In this document: positions 61,207 through 64,000 of the stretch, piece after piece
Layout: each line of letters starts with the position of its first letter
Numbering within the stretch: position 1 is the first letter of the stretch
DNA from: an uncultured delta proteobacterium
GTDB lineage: Bacteria; Myxococcota_A; Polyangia; Polyangiales; B10-G4
Direction: 5' to 3'
NCBI GenBank assembly: GCA_963727445.1
Contig: CAVSGI010000005.1
Span: 64,001 to 128,000 of the forward strand
DNA: 64,000 bases
The notes under the pieces: generated by a model
Told to the model about the DNA's origin: nothing
Databases searched by the model: none
Seen by the model: the letters and a program-made list of their open reading frames with translations, nothing else
Program-made: the position numbers and the translations under genes

Positions 61207-63252
61207 TCACATCGCGCCCCCCGGCAGGTCGCCGGGGACGGGGAGCATGGTCGCCTGTAGGTTCGACTCGTTGTCCCGGTAGGCGACCTCGCGCTGGAGG
61301 TCCTCCACCGGCTGGTCGGCGTTCTGCACGCACGCACCGATCGCAGCGCCCGCGACCTCGCCGTCGCTCAGCGTCGCGAGGCCCCCCTCGGCGACGTGGA
61401 TGCCGCACAGGTTCAGGTCGCTGAGCACGAAGCCGGTCGCGGTGAGCGTCGACGTCGAATAGGCCGCGAGGGCGTGGCCCGAATCGCCGAACTCGCAGGT
61501 GGCCCCCGAGCACCCGGGAGCCACGACGCGATGGACCTCGACGTTCTGCAGCTGTACTTCGGAGGAGCCCTTCCAGGACACGATGCCCACCTGCTGAACG
61601 TCCTGGACGATGCTGTTGCGGATCGACGCGAAGGAATCGCGGTAGACCGAGACGCCCCAGCCGGCCACGCCGTCCTGGTCGCGGCTGGTGGCGTCGTGGA
61701 CGAGCAGGTCGGAGGCCTCCAGGCGGGCGGACGCCATCACCGCGATCCCGCTCTCCTTGGTGTCGCTGATGTCGGCGCGCACGAGGTGGAGGCTCGCGCC
61801 CATCTGCACGACCACCCCGCGACCGAAGTTGCCCCCGTCCCCCGGCCTCACGTCGCGGACGTTGAGATCCTCAATCGACACGTCCGTTCCATCGAGCCCG
61901 ACCTGGACGCCCCCTTCGTGAACACCCTGAACCCAGATACGTCGCCCCACGAACGACGAGGTCTGCACGCTGAGCCCGCGGCCGAACATGTCTCCGACGG
62001 GGATCACGTCGCGCACCACGAGGTCCTCCACGACCGCGTCGACATCCGCGAAGAAGGCGCCCATCGCGAGCGCTCGCTCGACGAGCACGCCCGCGATCTC
62101 GATCGACGCAGAGTCCTGGGCCACGATCCCGCGCCCGAGATCGGTCCGGAGCCCGGCCTCGAGGGTGTCCCGGACGACCGACTTCTCGAGCCGAAGAGAC
62201 GACCCGGCGCCCGTGGACGAGACGCCGACCTCGTTGGCGCGAACGACCGCGACCCTCCGCGCGACGAGGCTCGCCCCGGCGTTGGCGATCAAGCCGTAGC
62301 CGCGTGTGCCGTCCTCGAGCCCCTGGATGTCGGCGATCACCGCGTCCTCGAGGGTCGCGTCCGCATCGGCGAGGTTCGCGACGACCCCGAACTCGGCGGT
62401 GCCTTCCACGTGCGCCCAGCGCACCGTCGAGGTGGACCCGTCCTCGGTGTTGATCCCCAGCCCGAACCGGCCGTCATCCCAGAGCCGGATGCGGCGCACG
62501 GCGATTCGCTCTCCGTCGAAGTGCGAGTGGTCCTCGACCGAGACACCGGCGATCCGCGTCTCGATCACCACGACGTCGCGGGCCGTCATGGCCTTGCCAG
62601 CGCCGCGGACGAAGAGCCCGATGCGTTCGCTCGGGCCGATCGCGAGGTTCTTCACGGTCACGTCAGCGCCTGCGGCGGAGATGACGCCCGTGGTGAAGCT
62701 CGACTCGCTCGTGGACACGGTGGTGCTCTCGGGACACGCGCCCCAGAGGGTGACCCCGGCGGGAACGCTCACCGCCTCGTCGTACGCGCCGACGGCGACC
62801 GCGATGACGTCGCCCGCGGTCGCGGCACCCGTGGCTTCGGCGATCCTCCCGAAAGGTGCGTCGCGTGAGCCGTCGCCGGTCGTGGCACCGGCGCGCACGT
62901 AGAGCACTCCGGTCGCCGGCAGCCCTTCGGGCCATCCGTCGCTCGGGCAGGCGGTCCCGATGCGCTGGCAGCTCGGGGTGCCGGGGAAGCGCGCTTCGTG
63001 ATCCGCGCAGCTCTCGAAGCTCGACTCGGGGAAGGGCTCGCAAAGCTCCGGCGCACCGTCCGTCCCTCTGACGCCCTGCCACCCATCCGGACATGGTGCG
63101 AGGTTCGGCAACGCCGGCGGCGCAGGGGTCGCCCGACCCATGATCGTCGTCGTGTCGGGTGAAACGCTCGCGTCGGTCGTCGCGGCGTCGTCCCCGGTAC
63201 ATCCGCCCATGGCGAGGAGCAAGGTGAGGGCGAGACGACGGCCGACGAGCAT
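61207..63252 (-). CDS. Right-handed beta-helix repeat lipoprotein (DUF1565-like N-motif)
   Basis: MGG-C lipobox; YVRAGA...GDGSRDAPFGRIAEA...GAY; repeated 'G.FG.G...(R/E)....G' beta-helix units. Confidence 0.8.
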   Translation of the reverse strand: MLVGRRLALTLLLAMGGCTGDDAATTDASVSPDTTTIMGRATPAPPALPNLAPCPDGWQGVRGTDGAPELCEPFPESSFESCADHEARFPGTPSCQRIGTACPSDGWPEGLPATGVLYVRAGATTGDGSRDAPFGRIAEATGAATAGDVIAVAVGAYDEAVSVPAGVTLWGACPESTTVSTSESSFTTGVISAAGADVTVKNLAIGPSERIGLFVRGAGKAMTARDVVVIETRIAGVSVEDHSHFDGERIAVRRIRLWDDGRFGLGINTEDGSTSTVRWAHVEGTAEFGVVANLADADATLEDAVIADIQGLEDGTRGYGLIANAGASLVARRVAVVRANEVGVSSTGAGSSLRLEKSVVRDTLEAGLRTDLGRGIVAQDSASIEIAGVLVERALAMGAFFADVDAVVEDLVVRDVIPVGDMFGRGLSVQTSSFVGRRIWVQGVHEGGVQVGLDGTDVSIEDLNVRDVRPGDGGNFGRGVVVQMGASLHLVRADISDTKESGIAVMASARLEASDLLVHDATSRDQDGVAGWGVSVYRDSFASIRNSIVQDVQQVGIVSWKGSSEVQLQNVEVHRVVAPGCSGATCEFGDSGHALAAYSTSTLTATGFVLSDLNLCGIHVAEGGLATLSDGEVAGAAIGACVQNADQPVEDLQREVAYRDNESNLQATMLPVPGDLPGGAM

Positions 63253-63302
63253 CGACCAAGAGAATACCAGTGTGGTGTGACGCGCGCGAAACACGACATC
63301 CC

Positions 63303-63331
63303 TTGCAACACTCTCCCCGCTGGGGTAGGGC
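63303..63331 (+). promoter_or_regulatory. Putative sigma70 promoter for a leaderless ptsN
   Basis: TTGCAA-N17-TAGGGC, 7 nt before ATG 63339; no SD sequence. Confidence 0.4.
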
Positions 63332-63338
63332 GCCGTTC

Positions 63339-63779
63339 ATGCGGCTCGCGGAAATTCTCGACGCAGAGCGGACGACCACGTCGCTCCCGGAGGGAGACAA
63401 GGACGCGGTGTTGAACGCCTTGGCCGCGCTTTTCCCGCCTCTTCCCGAAGCCGACGTCCTCGCCGCGCTCAAAGAGCGTGAGGCGCTGGCGACGACCGGC
63501 GTCGGCAGCGGTGTGGCGGTCCCGCATGGGCGCCTTGCCTCCGTCGATCGCACGATGGGCGCGCTCGCGGTGAGCCGGCGCGGCGTCGATTTCGACAGCA
63601 TCGACGGTCAGCCGGTGCACGTCTTCGTGGCGATCGTCGCGCCGGAGCGCGGCGATCTGGTCAAGGTGCTCGCGCGCATCGCGCGCCTGTTGCGCGACGC
63701 CGACCTCCGCGAGCGCCTGGCCGCGGCCGCGGATGGTGAGCAGGCCTACCAGATCCTGGTTCGCGCCGACGGGCTCTGA
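63339..63779 (+). CDS. ptsN: PTS IIA nitrogen-regulatory protein
   Basis: REALATTGVGSGVAVPH (phospho-His), GVDFDSIDGQPV and LARIARLL; near rpoN-hpf. Confidence 0.88.
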   Translation: MRLAEILDAERTTTSLPEGDKDAVLNALAALFPPLPEADVLAALKEREALATTGVGSGVAVPHGRLASVDRTMGALAVSRRGVDFDSIDGQPVHVFVAIVAPERGDLVKVLARIARLLRDADLRERLAAAADGEQAYQILVRADGL

Positions 63780-63791
63780 GCACGGGCGGCT

Positions 63792-64000
63792 TCAGCGCTC
63801 CGGCAGCCCCCAGGCGTGCAGCAGCTCCGGCAGAGACAGGCGTGGGATGGCGCCGTGGGGGATCCGCGTCGAGTCGACCACCACCCGATGGGTGGCCATG
63901 GCCGCCAGCGGATCCGCCGGACCGAGGGCGACCGCCTCCTCGCCGAGCGAGGCCCGCGTGAGCCGCGCGAGGCGCTGGCTCTCCTGATACGTCGACTGGT
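63792..64000 (-). CDS. 3' end of a hypothetical gene entering from beyond the window
   Basis: Open GC3-rich frame QSTYQESQRLARL...LLHAWGLPER* ending at 63792. Confidence 0.55.
   Translation of the reverse strand, partial: QSTYQESQRLARLTRASLGEEAVALGPADPLAAMATHRVVVDSTRIPHGAIPRLSLPELLHAWGLPER

Overview
High-GC bacterial chromosomal segment with about 60 genes. The gene content points to a myxobacterium (Myxococcota, probably Polyangiales/Sandaracinaceae-like); this is an inference. The evidence is five Hanks-type Ser/Thr kinases, PEGA/TPR proteins, TIGR02266 PilZ-like proteins, an AgmX/PglI-type TonB-C protein and Cys-rich lipoproteins. Housekeeping landmarks are purF, pilT, rnhA, a class I mannose-6-P isomerase, maf, rpoN-hpf and ptsN. 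I found no rRNA, tRNA, CRISPR array, integrase or transposase. About ten genes are broken by indels, mostly a net +1 base, which looks like long-read consensus error rather than real decay. The most interesting signals are: (i) two parallel 'membrane kinase - secreted TPR/PEGA protein - lipoprotein' cassettes that may be a trans-envelope signalling system; (ii) a TPR-dynamin fusion between a diguanylate cyclase and rpoN; (iii) many apparently leaderless genes, including a symmetric bidirectional -10 box; (iv) a tandem PilZ pair with one intact and one degenerate c-di-GMP motif; (v) an RNase HI with an unrecognised N-terminal domain; (vi) recognisable sigma54 and ECF promoters. All family calls were made by eye from motifs, without database searches.
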